From Candidatus Nanogingivalaceae bacterium (GTDB lineage Bacteria; Patescibacteriota; Saccharimonadia; Saccharimonadales; Saccharimonadaceae): a stretch of DNA of 32,000 nucleotides. This document shows, piece after piece, positions 1-11,924 of the stretch (position 1 is the first letter of the stretch; each line of letters starts with the position of its first letter). The translations under genes and the position numbers were made by a program. The stretch is taken from positions 360,001-392,000 of the forward strand of contig CP072208.2 in assembly GCA_015257795.3 (NCBI GenBank), written 5' to 3'. The notes below the pieces were generated by a model that was not told the origin of the DNA, did no database searches, and was given only the letters and a program-made list of their open reading frames with translations.

Positions 1-1027
1 AGATTTGCGTTTTTACAGTTGCCGAAATACCATATTTTTCAAAGGTTTCTTTGGTTTTTTTATCATCTTTAATGAGTGGTTTAAATTGCGTATTTGGAAT
101 GTAATGCTTATTAAAATTCAATTGAGTAGCATTTTTTGAATAGAATAAAATAGTGTCATGATTACGTACGTAATTATTCACACTTGTTTTATAGCCAGAC
201 ACCCAACCAATTCGCCAAATAATTTCACGCTGAAAATTTGCCTTGCCAAAAATTTCGTCCATTAACACTTTACAGTAATGTACTTCGTTGTAGTCTAAAT
301 TAACGTAAATTGCGCCATCGTCGGCTAATAATTCTCGAGCAATTTCAAGTCGATTCTTCATAAATGTCAACCAGGTTGAATGATTGAAACTATCATTATA
401 CTTAAATCCATCATTTCCCGTATTATAAGGCGGATCAATATAAATCAACTTAACCTTGCCAGCAAAGCGTTTCTTGAGACTATGCAGAGCAATAAGATTA
501 TTCCCTTTAATAATAAGATTATCAGTATCTTTTACCTCTTCCACGTTATGTTCGCCAGTTTCGTCATAGCGTTTGAAGTTGGTCAAGACCTTATCATCCA
601 GTAAACGATTAATTTCCGTTGGAGCAAACGTTTCGTTAAAGAAAATCTCTTGACGTTTAGCATCGTCCTTAGTCTGTCCACCCTCAAGGACACAGTCTTT
701 GTACGGAAAATTTAAAACAACTTCTTGATTTTCTGACAGGTACTTATCGCCTGTCGCTAAACCGATTTTAGTCTTGTAGGCGGTAAAGCTATCAGGGAGA
801 AACTCCTTATTGTTCAAAAACTGCAAAAAGACATCTTTCTTAAAGACGAGGGAGCCAGTTTCGAGTGTTGAAAAGAAATGATTAGAGATTTGCTCATCAC
901 TCATTAAAATATTTAGGAGTTCAGGATTATACTGTCGTGCCAGCTCTGCTAATTTATTCTTATTTAATACTCCGTCTACTAAAAAATCAGGATTTTTAAC
1001 TAGGAGATTTTGCAATTCTTTCTTCAT
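1..1027 (-). CDS. mod: Type III restriction-modification DNA methyltransferase (Mod subunit), N-terminal ~342 aa; the 3' part runs off the left edge of the window
   Basis: Not in the supplied ORF track because it is edge-truncated. My translation of the reverse strand from the ATG at 1027..1025 stays open to base 1: MKKELQNLLVKNPDFLVDGVL...DNLIIKGNNLIALHSLKKRFAGKVKLIYIDPPYNTGNDGFKYNDSFNHSTWLTFMKNRLEIARELLADDGAIYVNLDYNEVHY... The DPPY catalytic motif, the preceding IKGNNL..AL block and the FxYND..W..FM block are typical of Type III Mod (beta-class amino-MTase) proteins. Confidence 0.8.
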   Translation of the reverse strand, partial: MKKELQNLLVKNPDFLVDGVLNKNKLAELARQYNPELLNILMSDEQISNHFFSTLETGSLVFKKDVFLQFLNNKEFLPDSFTAYKTKIGLATGDKYLSENQEVVLNFPYKDCVLEGGQTKDDAKRQEIFFNETFAPTEINRLLDDKVLTNFKRYDETGEHNVEEVKDTDNLIIKGNNLIALHSLKKRFAGKVKLIYIDPPYNTGNDGFKYNDSFNHSTWLTFMKNRLEIARELLADDGAIYVNLDYNEVHYCKVLMDEIFGKANFQREIIWRIGWVSGYKTSVNNYVRNHDTILFYSKNATQLNFNKHYIPNTQFKPLIKDDKKTKETFEKYGISATVKTQI

Positions 1028-1073
1028 ATTAAGAGGTTCCTTTTTTACTTATTTTCTTTAAAGGGTTAATCGT

Positions 1074-1100
1074 GGGCTTCTCTATATGTAGAGAAGACCC
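1074..1100 (-). promoter_or_regulatory. Stable hairpin in the predicted 5' UTR of mod
   Basis: GGG-CTTCTCTA / tatg loop / TAGAGAAG-a-CCC. This gives 8 perfect bp plus 3 G-C pairs across a 1-nt bulge. It lies between the predicted mod promoter and the mod start and is not followed by a U-run. Confidence 0.4.
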
Positions 1101-1133
1101 CTATAGCTTGATTTTATTAAAATCTATGTCTCT

Positions 1134-1162
1134 ATTTTACCAAATTTATCTGTTTTTCGCAA
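1134..1162 (-). promoter_or_regulatory. Putative sigma70-type promoter for mod
   Basis: Reverse strand reads TTGCGA-N17-TGgTAAAAT (-35 at 1157..1162, -10 at 1134..1139). It lies immediately after the fusA terminator. Confidence 0.45.
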
Positions 1163-1194
1163 AACAAAAACCACCTCCCGAAAGAGGTAGTTTT
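1161..1194 (-). terminator. Rho-independent terminator of fusA
   Basis: Reverse strand reads CTACCTC-tttcgg-GAGGTGG followed by TTTTTGTTTT, starting 17 nt after the fusA stop. Confidence 0.7.
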
Positions 1195-1210
1195 CAAGTT
1201 TTCGAAATTA

Positions 1211-3301
1211 TTATTTAGCGTTTCGCTTTTCGATAATTTCTTGCGCAACGTTAGGTGGAACTTCTTCGTATTGCGCAAGCTCCATTGTTGAGGCTGCACG
1301 ACCTTTACTCATTGAGCGTAAGTCTGAAGTGTAACCAAACATATTTGCAAGAGGCACGAAACCTCGAATAAGTTTTGTTCCGCCCATCAAATCATCCATT
1401 GAGTCGATTCGACCACGGCGTGAGTTCAAGTCTCCAATTACATCACCCATGAATTCTTCAGGAGTTGTAACTTCAACTTTCATCACAGGTTCAAGAAGAA
1501 CAGGATTTGCCTTCTTAATACCTTCACGAGTTGAAAGCGCACCAGCCAATTTAAAGGCCAATTCACTTGAGTCGACATCGTGGTAAGAACCATCGTAAAG
1601 TGTAGCTTTAACGTCAACTACTGGGTAACCAGCAATCACACCGCCTTCAAGCGTTTCAAGCACACCTTGCTCAACTGGTTTGCGGTATTCTTGTGGCACA
1701 ACACCACCTTTAATTTCATCAAAGAATTCAAAGCCTTTTCCTGGTTCATTTGGTTCAAAGCGAATCCAAACATCACCATATTGACCACGACCACCAGACT
1801 GTTTTGCGTGCTTACCTTGAGCTTCAGCAGTTCCACGAATAGTTTCACGGAAGGCAACTTGTGGCTCACCAATGTTAGCTTCAACATTAAATTCACGTTT
1901 CATTCGGTCGATCAAGATGTCAAGGTGAAGCTCACCCATTCCCGACATAATTGTTTGACCAGTTTCTTCGTCTGTGTGAACTCGGAAAGTTGGGTCTTCT
2001 TCAGCAAGTCGTTGAAGAGCGATTCCCATTTTTTCTTGGTCGGCTTTAGTTTTTGGCTCAACTGCAATCGAAACTGGTGGTTCAGCAAATTCGATACCTT
2101 CAAGAATTACACCATGGTTCAAATCACAAAGAGTTGCACCAGTTGTAACATCTTTCAAACCAACAACAGCGGCGATGTCACCAGCAGTAACTTCTGAAAT
2201 TTCTTCACGCTTATCGGCGTGCATTCGAACGATTCGTCCGATTCGTTCTTTTTTACCAGTCATTGTGTTAAGAACATATGAACCAGCAGTAATTTTACCA
2301 CTATAAACACGTACGAATACAAGTTTTCCAACAAATGGGTCAGTTGCAATCTTAAATGCAAGTGCAGAAGTTGGTTCATTTACAGATGGTTTTCGCTCAA
2401 TAGGCTCACCAGTTTTAGCATCGGTTCCCTTAATTGAAGCAATATCAAGTGGACTTGGAAGGTAATCATTAATAAGATCAAGAACCTTTTCCACGATCAC
2501 ACCACGACCATCACCACCGGTTACCAAGAAGAAATCACCAGCAAGAACTCGTTTTCGAAGAGCGGCTTTAAGTTCAGGAATCGTAATTGATTCTTCACCT
2601 TCTTCAAAGAATCGCATCATCAATTCATCATCAGCTTCAACTGCATTTTCAACAAGCAATGAACGTGCATTTTTAGCTTTTTCAAGCATGTCAGCTGGAA
2701 TTTCGCCAACTTTCAATTGGTGATCGGCATAATTATCGTAAGTGTAAGCTTTCATGTCGATAAGGTCAACAACACCGTTGATATCTTGCTCGAAACCAAT
2801 TGGCAAGTGAATTGGGAAAGCTTGTTTGCTTAGGCGATCATGGATTGATTTGATTGATTTGTAGAAATCACCACCAGTTTGGTTAATTTTGTTAATGAAA
2901 CAAACGCGTGGCACGCCGTATTTGTCAGCTTGTCGCCAAACAGTTTCAGACTGAGCTTCCACACCCATTTTACCATCAAAAACAGTAACTGCACCGTCAA
3001 GCACGCGAAGTGAACGTTCCACTTCGGCAGTAAAGTCGATGTGTCCTGGGGTGTCGATAATGTTAATTTTGTGATCTTTCCAGAAACATGTCACAGCGGC
3101 AGAAGTAATTGTAATACCTCGCTCTTTTTCCTGCGCCATCCAGTCAGTTGTTGCACCATCACCTTCACCACGAACAACACCGATTTTATGTGTCAAACCA
3201 GTTCGGTAAAGAATACCTTCTGTTGTTGTAGTTTTACCGGCATCAATGTGCGCAATAATACCAACATTTCGGAAATTTTCCAATGGAGTATTTTTATTCA
3301 T
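1211..3301 (-). CDS. fusA: Translation elongation factor G
   Basis: 696-aa ORF with the G1 motif [21 protein letters not shown]-type G4 (NKIN) and a full-length EF-G domain order. AAGAGGAA SD lies upstream of the ATG. Confidence 0.97.
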   Translation of the reverse strand: MNKNTPLENFRNVGIIAHIDAGKTTTTEGILYRTGLTHKIGVVRGEGDGATTDWMAQEKERGITITSAAVTCFWKDHKINIIDTPGHIDFTAEVERSLRVLDGAVTVFDGKMGVEAQSETVWRQADKYGVPRVCFINKINQTGGDFYKSIKSIHDRLSKQAFPIHLPIGFEQDINGVVDLIDMKAYTYDNYADHQLKVGEIPADMLEKAKNARSLLVENAVEADDELMMRFFEEGEESITIPELKAALRKRVLAGDFFLVTGGDGRGVIVEKVLDLINDYLPSPLDIASIKGTDAKTGEPIERKPSVNEPTSALAFKIATDPFVGKLVFVRVYSGKITAGSYVLNTMTGKKERIGRIVRMHADKREEISEVTAGDIAAVVGLKDVTTGATLCDLNHGVILEGIEFAEPPVSIAVEPKTKADQEKMGIALQRLAEEDPTFRVHTDEETGQTIMSGMGELHLDILIDRMKREFNVEANIGEPQVAFRETIRGTAEAQGKHAKQSGGRGQYGDVWIRFEPNEPGKGFEFFDEIKGGVVPQEYRKPVEQGVLETLEGGVIAGYPVVDVKATLYDGSYHDVDSSELAFKLAGALSTREGIKKANPVLLEPVMKVEVTTPEEFMGDVIGDLNSRRGRIDSMDDLMGGTKLIRGFVPLANMFGYTSDLRSMSKGRAASTMELAQYEEVPPNVAQEIIEKRNAK

Positions 3302-3392
3302 TTGATTCCTCTTAAATTTATTATTTTATTGCTGTTTCACGCTAGTTTTGTTGTTTTTTCGAAACCAGCACAAAAACAGCGCTTCGCTATTA

Positions 3393-3421
3393 ATTTTATC
3401 ATATTTTTAAAAAACTGTAAA
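3393..3421 (-). promoter_or_regulatory. Putative promoter of fusA
   Basis: Reverse strand reads TTTACA-N17-TAAAAT (-35 at 3416..3421, -10 at 3393..3398). It is located between an upstream terminator and fusA. Confidence 0.55.
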
Positions 3422-3431
3422 GTATAAATAG

Positions 3432-3460
3432 CCAAAAGAAAAAGCCAGTTCCTCTGGCTT
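3432..3460 (-). terminator. Rho-independent terminator of the small membrane protein gene
   Basis: AAGCCAG / ttcct loop / CTGGCTT (3442..3460). On the reverse strand it is followed by TTTTTCTTTT. Confidence 0.7.
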
Positions 3461-3466
3461 AAAAAA

Positions 3467-3664
3467 CTATCTTCGAGCGTGTTCGGGTACCTTTTCATTA
3501 TATCTTTTAATGGCAATTATTAGAGTAAGAATAACAATTCCAAAAATAAACACGCCAAAGTTCCAATGCGTCAAAATTGTTAAAAATAACGACACACCAT
3601 AGGCTGCGATAAAGTACAAGGAAACCAACAAAGACCCTTTAGCCTCGTTCAATGCTTTTTTCAT
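3467..3664 (-). CDS. Small two-TM membrane protein (65 aa), unknown function
   Basis: The track ORF 3467..3742 is shortened to the internal ATG at 3664 (MKKALNEAKGSLLVSLYF...), which has GGAGGAAATTATCCTT-ATG. The longer version would include a consensus promoter. Two hydrophobic helices. Confidence 0.6.
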   Translation of the reverse strand: MKKALNEAKGSLLVSLYFIAAYGVSLFLTILTHWNFGVFIFGIVILTLIIAIKRYNEKVPEHARR

Positions 3665-3713
3665 AAGGATAATTTCCTCCAATTTTTTATTTTCCACCCA
3701 AAGCGGAATTTCT

Positions 3714-3742
3714 ATTTTATCACAGCCTATAGCAAAAGTCAA
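3714..3742 (-). promoter_or_regulatory. Putative promoter of the small membrane protein gene
   Basis: Reverse strand reads TTGACT-N17-TGaTAAAAT (-35 at 3737..3742, -10 at 3714..3719), starting 3 nt after the rnhA stop. Confidence 0.55.
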
Positions 3743-3745
3743 GAG

Positions 3746-4162
3746 CTAAATCGTTTCGCCGTTTCTTGCCCGATTTGCCCATTCATCAGCCATTTCGTTA
3801 AACTCATGACCAGCATGCCCTTTTAGCCATTTTAGCTCTACGTTCGAATTTTTATAAAGCTCATAAAGAGGCTTTACGATATCGAGATTTTTAATTTCAC
3901 CAGTTTTCTTTTTCCAGCCGTTTCGCTCCCAAGTTGGCGCCCACTTTGTTAAAACATTAATCCAGAATTCACTATCTGTTTGAATTTCTGCCTTTTCCCC
4001 ATTTAAAATTTCGAAAGCCTTTTTTAGAGCCAAACCTTCCATTCGAATATTCGTGCTAGGGTTTTCAGATCCAAGTGCGATTGGCGCGCCGTTTTCAATC
4101 ACAGCAAAACCGCCAGGGCCAGGATTTGGCGAAGCACTACCATCAGTAAAAATAATCCGCAC
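3746..4162 (-). CDS. rnhA: Ribonuclease HI
   Basis: 138 aa with the DEDD pattern (FTDGS, MEGLA, QTDSE, MADEWA) and the GHAGHEFNE block. GTG start shares 1 nt with the upstream stop (TAGTG). Confidence 0.9.
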   Translation of the reverse strand: MRIIFTDGSASPNPGPGGFAVIENGAPIALGSENPSTNIRMEGLALKKAFEILNGEKAEIQTDSEFWINVLTKWAPTWERNGWKKKTGEIKNLDIVKPLYELYKNSNVELKWLKGHAGHEFNEMADEWANRARNGETI

Positions 4163-4722
4163 TATTGTCGTCTTCCGTTATCTTGTTGAACAAAGTTTTG
4201 AACAAAAGGTGTTTGGTTTATATTTTGATTTATACTATTCTGTAGTTGATTTTGGTAGGCTTTTGCTTTTTTCATTTTCCTGAAAGAAATAATTGCTAAA
4301 ATTAGTCCAACAACACCAAGAACCAACAAAACCACAGGGATAATAAGATTCACAATTGGATAGTCGCCAACAACTGCTGCACCAGGATTTTTTTCATCAT
4401 AAAAAACTTTAACTTTTTCACCAATCGTAGGCTCTTCATTTTGTGGATCCGCCTTTGCTTCTATTATTTCATCATTTTGGATTGAAAAATAAACAATTGG
4501 TATAATTTTATATTCGCTTGAGTTTTGACTAACTAGTTCTTTCTCAAGACCAGAGATGTCACCTTCAGTTTGTTTCCAGGTTACTCTTTTCATAAAATTA
4601 TCAAACGGTTTCATACCAAAACATACACCCGAAGTAATTAAACAAATTGCCAAAATTGTAAAAATAATTCCTCGATTTCGATAAGCTTTTGCGCCAACTC
4701 TTATTGTTTGATTTGAATTCAT
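4162..4722 (-). CDS. DUF3592-like membrane protein (TM - beta-rich domain - TM - Q/N-rich tail)
   Basis: 186 aa. It has an N-terminal TM helix, a central segment ending in VKVFYDEKNPGAAV (typical DUF3592 pattern), a second TM helix and a Q/N-rich C-terminus. AGGAGAAAAG SD. Confidence 0.65.
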   Translation of the reverse strand: MNSNQTIRVGAKAYRNRGIIFTILAICLITSGVCFGMKPFDNFMKRVTWKQTEGDISGLEKELVSQNSSEYKIIPIVYFSIQNDEIIEAKADPQNEEPTIGEKVKVFYDEKNPGAAVVGDYPIVNLIIPVVLLVLGVVGLILAIISFRKMKKAKAYQNQLQNSINQNINQTPFVQNFVQQDNGRRQ

Positions 4723-4749
4723 CTTTTCTCCTATTTGATTTATGCTATA

Positions 4750-4778
4750 AGTATACCATTTTTTATTTTTTTAGGCAA
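4750..4778 (-). promoter_or_regulatory. Putative promoter for the DUF3592-rnhA unit
   Basis: Reverse strand reads TTGCCT-N17-TGgTATACT (-35 at 4773..4778, -10 at 4750..4755). Confidence 0.5.
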
Positions 4779-4781
4779 ATT

Positions 4782-4809
4782 AAAACACTGGCGATTAAAC
4801 CAGTGTTTT
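4782..4809 (-). terminator. Hairpin/terminator downstream of rpoC
   Basis: 10-bp perfect stem AAAACACTGG / 8-nt loop / CCAGTGTTTT, 8 nt after the rpoC stop. The U-run is only the 4 Us inside the stem end, so termination may be partial. Confidence 0.5.
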
Positions 4810-4816
4810 AGTATTT

Positions 4817-7800
4817 TTACTCTTCTACAGAAGAATCATTTGTTTCATTTTCAGAATCTAAATCTTCATTGATTTCGAATTTTTCTTCATGAGCTCGAGC
4901 GCCAGTTCCAACAGGAATCTTGCGTCCGATAATCACGTTTTCTTTCAAACCATGAAGTTTATCAACTCGTCCAGAAGTTGCTGCGTTAATCAATACACTT
5001 GTTGTGTTTTGGAACGAAGCAGCCGATAGGAAGCTATCACTAAAGATTGAAACTTTCGTAATTCCAAGAAGTTGTTGCTTGAATTCAGCAGGCTTTTTAC
5101 CTTGAGCTACAAGAAGTTTGTTTGCTTCAACAACCGCAGCTTTCGAAACTACATCACCGATAATAAATGATGAATCGCCAGCGTCTTCAATTTGAACTCG
5201 GCTAAACATTTGTCGAACGATGATCTCAAGGTGTTTTGAAGCAATATCTTGACCTTGAGCTGCGTAAATTCGCAAGATTTCGTTCATAATGTATCGTTGA
5301 GTTTCTTCAACACCCTTGAACTTCATCAAATCTCGAAGATTCAATGAACCAATAGTTAGGCGATCACCCGCTCGAACAATATCGTTTTTCGAAACAGCAA
5401 GAGCCGCAACATTTGGGATTTCATATTTTACAGGATGAGCTTCACTATCTTCAGTCTCTTGAGGTGTGATCTGAACAATGTTCATGTTTCCATCTTCCCA
5501 GATATCAACTACACCTGAGACTTCTGTCATATAAGCTTGACCTTTAGGAGATCGAGCTTCAAGAAGCTCTTGAACACGAGGCAAACCTTGAGAAATCGCA
5601 CCAGATCCAGCAACACCAGAGCTGTGGAATGTGTTCAAAGTTAGCTGTGTACCAGGCTCACCAACAGACTGAGCGGCGATCACACCAACTGGTTCTGCAG
5701 GTTTAACAAGAAGTCCTGTTGCCATATCAATTCCATAAGATTTTTGTGGAATTCCCGCAAGATCTGGAGTTGAAAGCACGCTTTGAATTTTAACTTCTTT
5801 AATGTTTTCATCTTTTTCGATCGCATCGGCAATTTCCCGTGTGATAAGCTTATCTGCTTCAATATAGCCAGGAACAGCTTCGGCAGTAAATCGACCATAG
5901 AGACGATCGCTGAACGGAATCATTGTTTCTTGACTTTCAGAACGATAAATCGCAAATCCAGGATCAACTTCAGATGAATTATCCGCTACAGAGAAGACAT
6001 CTTGAGCAACATCAACGAGACGACGTGTTAGATATCCAGAGTCGGCAGTCTTAAGCGCAGTTGAGATCAATCCCTGACGCGCACCACGAGTGGCCACGAA
6101 AGCTTCAAGTGAGCTCATTCCGTGTGTGTAGTTTGAGCGAATTGGAAGCTCAATTTCACGGTTTGTTGCGTCCACCATAATTCCAGTCAAACCGGCAGCA
6201 AGACGAATATTTGTTGCGCTACCACGAGAACCAGACACAGCCATCAATCCAACCGGAGAGTCAGCACCTTGGTGCTCAACTCGCTCAGAAATCTCATCAG
6301 AAACTTCATCAATAACTTTGTGCCAGTTTTCAATAATCAAGTTGTATCGCTCTTGGTCTGTTAACAAACCTTGATCGTATTGTTCTTGAATCAATGTTGT
6401 TTTTGCATCACCGTTAGCGATAATTTCTGGAATCTTTTCACTTTCGTAAACTGTGTAGTCTTCTTTACCAATCGACAATCCTGATTTTGTTACAAATCGG
6501 AATGACAAACCTTTAATTTTATCGGCAATTTTCACGGTCATTTCAGCACCATAACGCGCAAAAACATCTGCCAAAATCTTATTGATTTGTTTTTTAGTTT
6601 GTGGATTATTATCGTATGGGTAATCTTCTGGTAGAAGCTCATTAAAGAACACTCGACCAAGAGTTGTGTTTCGAATTTCACCTTTTACAAAAACTCGAAT
6701 TGGTGTTTGAAGTGCAATAGCGCCTTTATCATAAGCCATTTCTGCTTCGAAAACATTTGCGAAAGGTCGTGGTTTCTTATTCATTTCAGAATGTTTGTCG
6801 TAGGTAATGTAGTAATTTCCGTAAACAACATCCTGGTCGACAGAAAGAACCGGTTGACCATCTGCAGGTTTCAAAAGGTTGTGAGAAATACTCATCAAGT
6901 CACGAGCTTCAGCTTGAGCGGCGTCAGAAAGTGGCAAGTGAACAGCCATCTGGTCTCCATCGTAGTCGGCGTTAAATCCGTTAGCTACAAGTGGGTGAAG
7001 TTGAATCGCTTTTCCTTCAACAAGTTTTGGCTGGAAGGCCTGAATTGAAAGTCGGTGCAATGATGGAGCACGGTTCAAAAGAATGTATTTTCCTTCAACA
7101 ACGGCATCCAAAGCATCCCAAACTTCAGCTTCTCGCGCATCAATTAATCGAGTTGCTGAACGAATATTGTGTGCGTATTCTTTTTCAATCAACCATGAGA
7201 TAACGAAAGGCTTAAACAATTCTAGCGCCATTTGTGTTGGTAGACCACATTGATGAGCTTTCAAAGTTGGTCCAACAACGATCACAGAACGACCGGAGTA
7301 GTCAACACGTTTTCCAAGCAAGTTTTGACGGAATCGACCTTGCTTACCCTTTAGCATATCGCTCAAAGATTTAAGCTTGCGGCGTCCACCAGCTGTGCTT
7401 ACAGAACGACCACTTCGAGAAGCATTGTTATCAATCAATGAATCTACAGCCTCTTGGAGCATTCGCATTTCGTTTCGCTTAATCACCATTGGCGCATTAA
7501 GTTCGATCAATTTCTTCAAACGATTGTTTCGGTTAATTACTCGGCGATACAAATCGTTTAAGTCTGAAGTCGCAAATCGACCACCTGTCAATTGAACCAT
7601 AGGTCGCAAATCTGGTGGAATCACTGGAAGAACAGTTAGGCATAGACTTCCTGGTTTAATTCCAGCATTTTTCATACCTTCGATTGTTTTTAGACGTTTA
7701 AGAATTTTCTTCTCTCGTTGACCTTTAGCCTTTTCAGCTTCAGCTTCAAGTTTTTCGATAAGTTCATCAATGTTGATTTCATCAAGCAAAGTCTTAATTG

Positions 7801-8521
7801 CTTCACCACCCATTCCAACTTCGATAATCTCTTCATATTCTTCGGGAAGGTTGCGATAATCAGTTTCACTCATCAATGAGCCTTTAACAAAACTATCGAG
7901 TTGACTTTTCTTCAAAGTGTAATTTGAGTTTAACTCTTCAATTTCCTTAGTTTGAGCTTCAGCTAACGACTTAATGTCGGCGCCATCTTTTTCAGCTTCT
8001 TTTTCGTAACGAATTTGGATCGCCATTCGCGCTGCTTTATCTTCAGCGTCAAGGTCTGCAAGCATTTGATCGCGTTTTTCTTCGTCAACGTTAAGAATTA
8101 CATAGCTAGCAAAATAAACAACACGCTCAATGTTTTTGACTGTCATTCCAAGAAGAAGACTCATTGCACTTGGAGCACCACGCATAAACCAAATATGTGC
8201 AACTGGAGCAGCCAATGCAATGTGACCCATTCGTTCACGACGAACAATCGCTTTCGTAACTAACTCACCATTCTTATCAACAGCAGCTTCACGAGAACGA
8301 ACACCTTTTAATTTGTTGTCGTAAGGGTTAATATCTTTAGTTGGTCCAAAGATTTTTTCACAAAACAAACCATCGCGCTCAGGTTTTTGAGTTCGATAAT
8401 TAATTGTTTCTGGCTTCGTTACTTCGCCGTAAGACCAGCCCAAAATGTCTTCTGGGCTAGCAACTGCGAGGCGAACTGCGTCAAAATCAGCAATCTGGTT
8501 CGTATTCACCACTTTCGCCAT
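4817..8521 (-). CDS. rpoC: DNA-directed RNA polymerase subunit beta'
   Basis: 1234 aa with the catalytic NADYDGDQM(AVH) motif and typical bridge-helix and trigger-loop regions. The start abuts the rpoB stop (TAAATG). Confidence 0.98.
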   Translation of the reverse strand: MAKVVNTNQIADFDAVRLAVASPEDILGWSYGEVTKPETINYRTQKPERDGLFCEKIFGPTKDINPYDNKLKGVRSREAAVDKNGELVTKAIVRRERMGHIALAAPVAHIWFMRGAPSAMSLLLGMTVKNIERVVYFASYVILNVDEEKRDQMLADLDAEDKAARMAIQIRYEKEAEKDGADIKSLAEAQTKEIEELNSNYTLKKSQLDSFVKGSLMSETDYRNLPEEYEEIIEVGMGGEAIKTLLDEINIDELIEKLEAEAEKAKGQREKKILKRLKTIEGMKNAGIKPGSLCLTVLPVIPPDLRPMVQLTGGRFATSDLNDLYRRVINRNNRLKKLIELNAPMVIKRNEMRMLQEAVDSLIDNNASRSGRSVSTAGGRRKLKSLSDMLKGKQGRFRQNLLGKRVDYSGRSVIVVGPTLKAHQCGLPTQMALELFKPFVISWLIEKEYAHNIRSATRLIDAREAEVWDALDAVVEGKYILLNRAPSLHRLSIQAFQPKLVEGKAIQLHPLVANGFNADYDGDQMAVHLPLSDAAQAEARDLMSISHNLLKPADGQPVLSVDQDVVYGNYYITYDKHSEMNKKPRPFANVFEAEMAYDKGAIALQTPIRVFVKGEIRNTTLGRVFFNELLPEDYPYDNNPQTKKQINKILADVFARYGAEMTVKIADKIKGLSFRFVTKSGLSIGKEDYTVYESEKIPEIIANGDAKTTLIQEQYDQGLLTDQERYNLIIENWHKVIDEVSDEISERVEHQGADSPVGLMAVSGSRGSATNIRLAAGLTGIMVDATNREIELPIRSNYTHGMSSLEAFVATRGARQGLISTALKTADSGYLTRRLVDVAQDVFSVADNSSEVDPGFAIYRSESQETMIPFSDRLYGRFTAEAVPGYIEADKLITREIADAIEKDENIKEVKIQSVLSTPDLAGIPQKSYGIDMATGLLVKPAEPVGVIAAQSVGEPGTQLTLNTFHSSGVAGSGAISQGLPRVQELLEARSPKGQAYMTEVSGVVDIWEDGNMNIVQITPQETEDSEAHPVKYEIPNVAALAVSKNDIVRAGDRLTIGSLNLRDLMKFKGVEETQRYIMNEILRIYAAQGQDIASKHLEIIVRQMFSRVQIEDAGDSSFIIGDVVSKAAVVEANKLLVAQGKKPAEFKQQLLGITKVSIFSDSFLSAASFQNTTSVLINAATSGRVDKLHGLKENVIIGRKIPVGTGARAHEEKFEINEDLDSENETNDSSVEE

Positions 8522-11500
8522 TTACGCTTCCTCCTTATTTTCTTCAATTTCGTCAATATCTTGAATGTTCATGCTGTCTTCGAATTCACCATCAGATTCA
8601 TCTCGAACAGTTTCAATGTTTTCATCTTCTTCGAAAGTTGAACTTTCACCATCCTTATTTCGTTCTGCAAGAATTTCATCAGCATCAATGCTTGAGGCAT
8701 GTCGATCGAGCAAGTCAACTCGAAGACCAAGACCTTGAAGCTCTTTCACAAGAACGTTGAATGATTCTGGCAATTTTGGACCAACAATCTCGCTATGCTT
8801 AATGATACTCTCATAAGCTTTTGAACGACCAACAACATCGTCAGACTTAATTGTGAGCATTTCCTGAAGCATATTAGCAGCACCATAAGCCTCAAGTGCC
8901 CAAACTTCCATTTCTCCAAATCGCTGACCACCGTTTTGAGCTTTACCACCCAAAGGCTGTTGTGTCACCATTGTGTATGGACCAGTTGATCGGGCGTGAA
9001 TCTTGTCTGCAACCAAGTGGTGAAGTTTGATCATGTGCATAAATCCAACGGTTGTGCGTTGTTCGAACGGTTCACCAGTTCGACCATCAAACAATTGAAC
9101 TTTTCCATCGCGAGCAACACCAGCAGCTTCAAGTTCATCGCTCAAAGTTTCAGCATCAACACCATCATATGAAGGAGTTGCAACTCGATATCCTTGAGTT
9201 TTTGCAGCCATTCCAAGGTGAACTTCGAAAAGCTGACCAAGGTTCATACGTGAAGGCACACCAAGTGGCGACAAAATAACATCAATCGGAGTTCCGTCTT
9301 CCATGAATGGCATGTCGGCTTCTGGTAAGATTTTCGCAACAACACCTTTGTTTCCGTGTCGTCCAGCCATCTTGTCTCCAACCATAATTTTTCGAGCCTC
9401 AGCAACGAAAATCTGAATTTGTTGAAGAACACCAGCGCGCATTTCGTGTCCATTTTCTCGAGAGAAGATTTTCACACCGATAACTTTTCCTGAACCAGTA
9501 TTTTTCATGCGAGTTGATGTATCACGAACATCTTTTGCTTTTTCACCGAAGATAGCACGCAAAAGTCGCTCTTCGCTTGAAAGTTCTTGCTCACCTTTTG
9601 GAGTAATCTTTCCAACAAGCACATCACCTGGTTTAACTTCTGAACCAATTTGAACAATTCCGTTTTCATCCAAGTGTCGCAAGCTATATTCACTAGCGTT
9701 TGGAATATCACGAGTTACAACCTCTGGTCCAAGTTTAGTTTCTCGAACTTCAACCATGTAATCTTTAATATTGATATTTGTAAGCGTATCTGCTTTAACA
9801 AGACGATCAGAAATAATCACAGCGTCGTCCATATTGAAACCACCCCAAGACATAAACGCTACGCGAAGATCACGACCAAGTGCAATTTCTCCATTCTTAA
9901 TACTTGCACCTTCAACTAAGATATCACCTTTTTTAACTTTTTGACCACGTGAAACTACAACTTTCTGGTTATAGCATCGATCGTCAGCAGTCTTTTGGAA
10001 ATGTTTTAGTTCATATTTAACAACACCAGTTGAATACTTAACTTCAACAACAACAGCATCAGCACGAACAACCTCACCATCATCTTCAGCAACAATAATT
10101 TGGCTTAGATTTCGAGCGATATCAGCTTCAACACCGGTTCCCACGGTTGGAGCTTCAGTCCAAAGAAGTGGCACAGCCTGTTTCTGCATGGCTGAACCTG
10201 TTAACGCACGGTCAATTCGGTCGCGCTCTGCAAAAGGAATCAACGAAGCCGCAGCACCAAGAACTTGTCGGTGAACTGCGTCCATAAATGTAACTTCGCT
10301 AGCATTAACCTGTGATGGAATAAGATTTTTTCGGGCTGAAACTTGCGCTTCAACAAAGCTTCCATCTTCATTCAATTTCGAACCAGCGTCGGCGATAATT
10401 TCACGCATTTCGTGATCTGCATCAAGATATACAACTTCATTTGTGACTTTTCCATCTTTAACACGAAGATATGGAGCTTCAATAAAGCCATATTCGTTAA
10501 TTCGGGCAAATGTTGCAAGGTTTGTCACAAGACCAACGTTTCCACCTTCTGGTGTTTCCACAAGACAAATTCGTCCGTAGTGAGTTGGGTGGCTGTCACG
10601 AACTTCAAGACCGGCACGATCCCGAGTCACACCTCCAGGACCCATTGAGCTCAAACGACGTTTGTGTGAAAGTTCTGAAAGCGGGTTAGTTTCATCCATA
10701 ACCTGCGCAAGCTGTGAACCGGCAAAGAATTCACGCACTGCAGCAACAACTGGTCGGGCATTAACCAATTGTCCAGGAGTTACAGTTTCGATATCTGTCA
10801 TTGACATTCGATCCATGGCATTTCGTTGCATTCGAAGCATACCAACACGGAATTGTCGAGCAACAAGCTCACCAACCAATTTTACTCGACGGTTATCAAG
10901 ACTATCGATATCATCAACTTTACCTTGAGTATTGTTTAGGCGGATAATTTCTTTAATAATCTCGAAAAGATCTTCCATCTGGAAAGAACGATTTTCAGCT
11001 GTGTTTGGAGTTTCAAGATTTAATCGTTTATTAATCTTATAACGTCCAACACGACCATAATCAAATCGTTTAAAGTCGAAGAACATTCGCTCAATCATAT
11101 TTCGAGCGTTCTCAATAGTCGCCAAATCTCCTGGGCGAAGACGACGATAAACTTCAATTAAAGCAGTTGACGGGCTTGAAGTTTGATCTTTTTCAAGAGT
11201 TGAATCGATAAATTTAATATCACCAGTATCAACATCTGCAAAAGTGTTTCGAATTTCAGCATTTGTCATGCGACCAAGTGCACGCAAGAAAGTTGTAACT
11301 GGAAGTTTTCGACGACGGTCGATTTTTACGTAAATTACACCTTTGTTATCTGTTTCAAACTCTAGCCATGCGCCACGAACTGGGATAACTTTTGCACCAT
11401 AATAATTCTTTCCATCATTTCCAGTTTCAGCATTAAAGTAAACACCTTCAGAACGAATCAACTGAGAAACAATTACACGCTCAGTTCCGTTAATAATGAA

Positions 11501-11866
11501 AGTACCTTGGTTAGTCATCCAAGGGTAATCACCAAGATAGATTTCTTGCTCTTTAACTTCACCGGTAACTTTGTTTGTAAGCTCAACTTGAACGTGAAGT
11601 GGAGCTTCGAAAGTTAGGTTATTTTCTTTTGCAAAATCTTTTGTAGTTTTTGGATCTTGAAAATTATAGCTCTTAAAACGCAAAGCTAATTTTTGACCGG
11701 TGTAATCATCGATCGGGTTAATTTCTTCAAAGATCTCACTCAAACCATTATCGACAAAATCCTTCCAAGATTCTTTTTGGTGAGCGATTAAATCTGGGGT
11801 TTCAAGAACGACGTCTTCTTTAGAAAAGAAAGCGCGCCCTACAGCATTAAAGTGCTTTTTTGCCAT
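8522..11866 (-). CDS. rpoB: DNA-directed RNA polymerase subunit beta
   Basis: 1114 aa with conserved blocks such as FFGSSQLSQFMD-like ([12 protein letters not shown]), GRHGNKGVV and [18 protein letters not shown]. Confidence 0.98.
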   Translation of the reverse strand: MAKKHFNAVGRAFFSKEDVVLETPDLIAHQKESWKDFVDNGLSEIFEEINPIDDYTGQKLALRFKSYNFQDPKTTKDFAKENNLTFEAPLHVQVELTNKVTGEVKEQEIYLGDYPWMTNQGTFIINGTERVIVSQLIRSEGVYFNAETGNDGKNYYGAKVIPVRGAWLEFETDNKGVIYVKIDRRRKLPVTTFLRALGRMTNAEIRNTFADVDTGDIKFIDSTLEKDQTSSPSTALIEVYRRLRPGDLATIENARNMIERMFFDFKRFDYGRVGRYKINKRLNLETPNTAENRSFQMEDLFEIIKEIIRLNNTQGKVDDIDSLDNRRVKLVGELVARQFRVGMLRMQRNAMDRMSMTDIETVTPGQLVNARPVVAAVREFFAGSQLAQVMDETNPLSELSHKRRLSSMGPGGVTRDRAGLEVRDSHPTHYGRICLVETPEGGNVGLVTNLATFARINEYGFIEAPYLRVKDGKVTNEVVYLDADHEMREIIADAGSKLNEDGSFVEAQVSARKNLIPSQVNASEVTFMDAVHRQVLGAAASLIPFAERDRIDRALTGSAMQKQAVPLLWTEAPTVGTGVEADIARNLSQIIVAEDDGEVVRADAVVVEVKYSTGVVKYELKHFQKTADDRCYNQKVVVSRGQKVKKGDILVEGASIKNGEIALGRDLRVAFMSWGGFNMDDAVIISDRLVKADTLTNINIKDYMVEVRETKLGPEVVTRDIPNASEYSLRHLDENGIVQIGSEVKPGDVLVGKITPKGEQELSSEERLLRAIFGEKAKDVRDTSTRMKNTGSGKVIGVKIFSRENGHEMRAGVLQQIQIFVAEARKIMVGDKMAGRHGNKGVVAKILPEADMPFMEDGTPIDVILSPLGVPSRMNLGQLFEVHLGMAAKTQGYRVATPSYDGVDAETLSDELEAAGVARDGKVQLFDGRTGEPFEQRTTVGFMHMIKLHHLVADKIHARSTGPYTMVTQQPLGGKAQNGGQRFGEMEVWALEAYGAANMLQEMLTIKSDDVVGRSKAYESIIKHSEIVGPKLPESFNVLVKELQGLGLRVDLLDRHASSIDADEILAERNKDGESSTFEEDENIETVRDESDGEFEDSMNIQDIDEIEENKEEA

Positions 11867-11924
11867 TTTTCTCCTCGCATTTAAAGTGTTATTAGAATCG
11901 GCCCGAAGATTCCCCGTCTATGAC

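Noticed and set aside
380-604. 74-aa plus-strand ORF from the track
   Set aside because: It lies entirely antisense to the clearly coding Type III mod frame (DPPY motif on the minus strand). It has no SD and a low-complexity Ile-rich product.
1-1027. The Type III Mod as the enzyme responsible for a TTCGAA-linked function
   Set aside because: Type III systems recognise short asymmetric sites rather than 6-8-bp palindromes, and the mod gene itself looks foreign (no motif copies). This cannot be excluded without methylome data, but it is not supported.
1-1027. Phase-variable simple-sequence repeat in mod
   Set aside because: No tetra- or pentanucleotide repeat tract, or homopolymer longer than about 7 nt, is visible in the part of the gene inside the window.
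1580-3427. Track ORFs 1580..2197(+), 1636..1896(-), 1912..2103(-) and 3041..3427(+) inside or over fusA
   Set aside because: These are alternative-frame or antisense ORFs inside the unmistakable EF-G gene. Their products are low-complexity with no start signals. Such ORFs are typical of AT-rich, codon-biased coding DNA.
5680-11000. Numerous 60-113-aa ORFs overlapping rpoC and rpoB on either strand
   Set aside because: All are nested in the two RNAP subunit genes and lack SD or promoter signals. They have Cys/Phe/Asn-rich nonsense composition.
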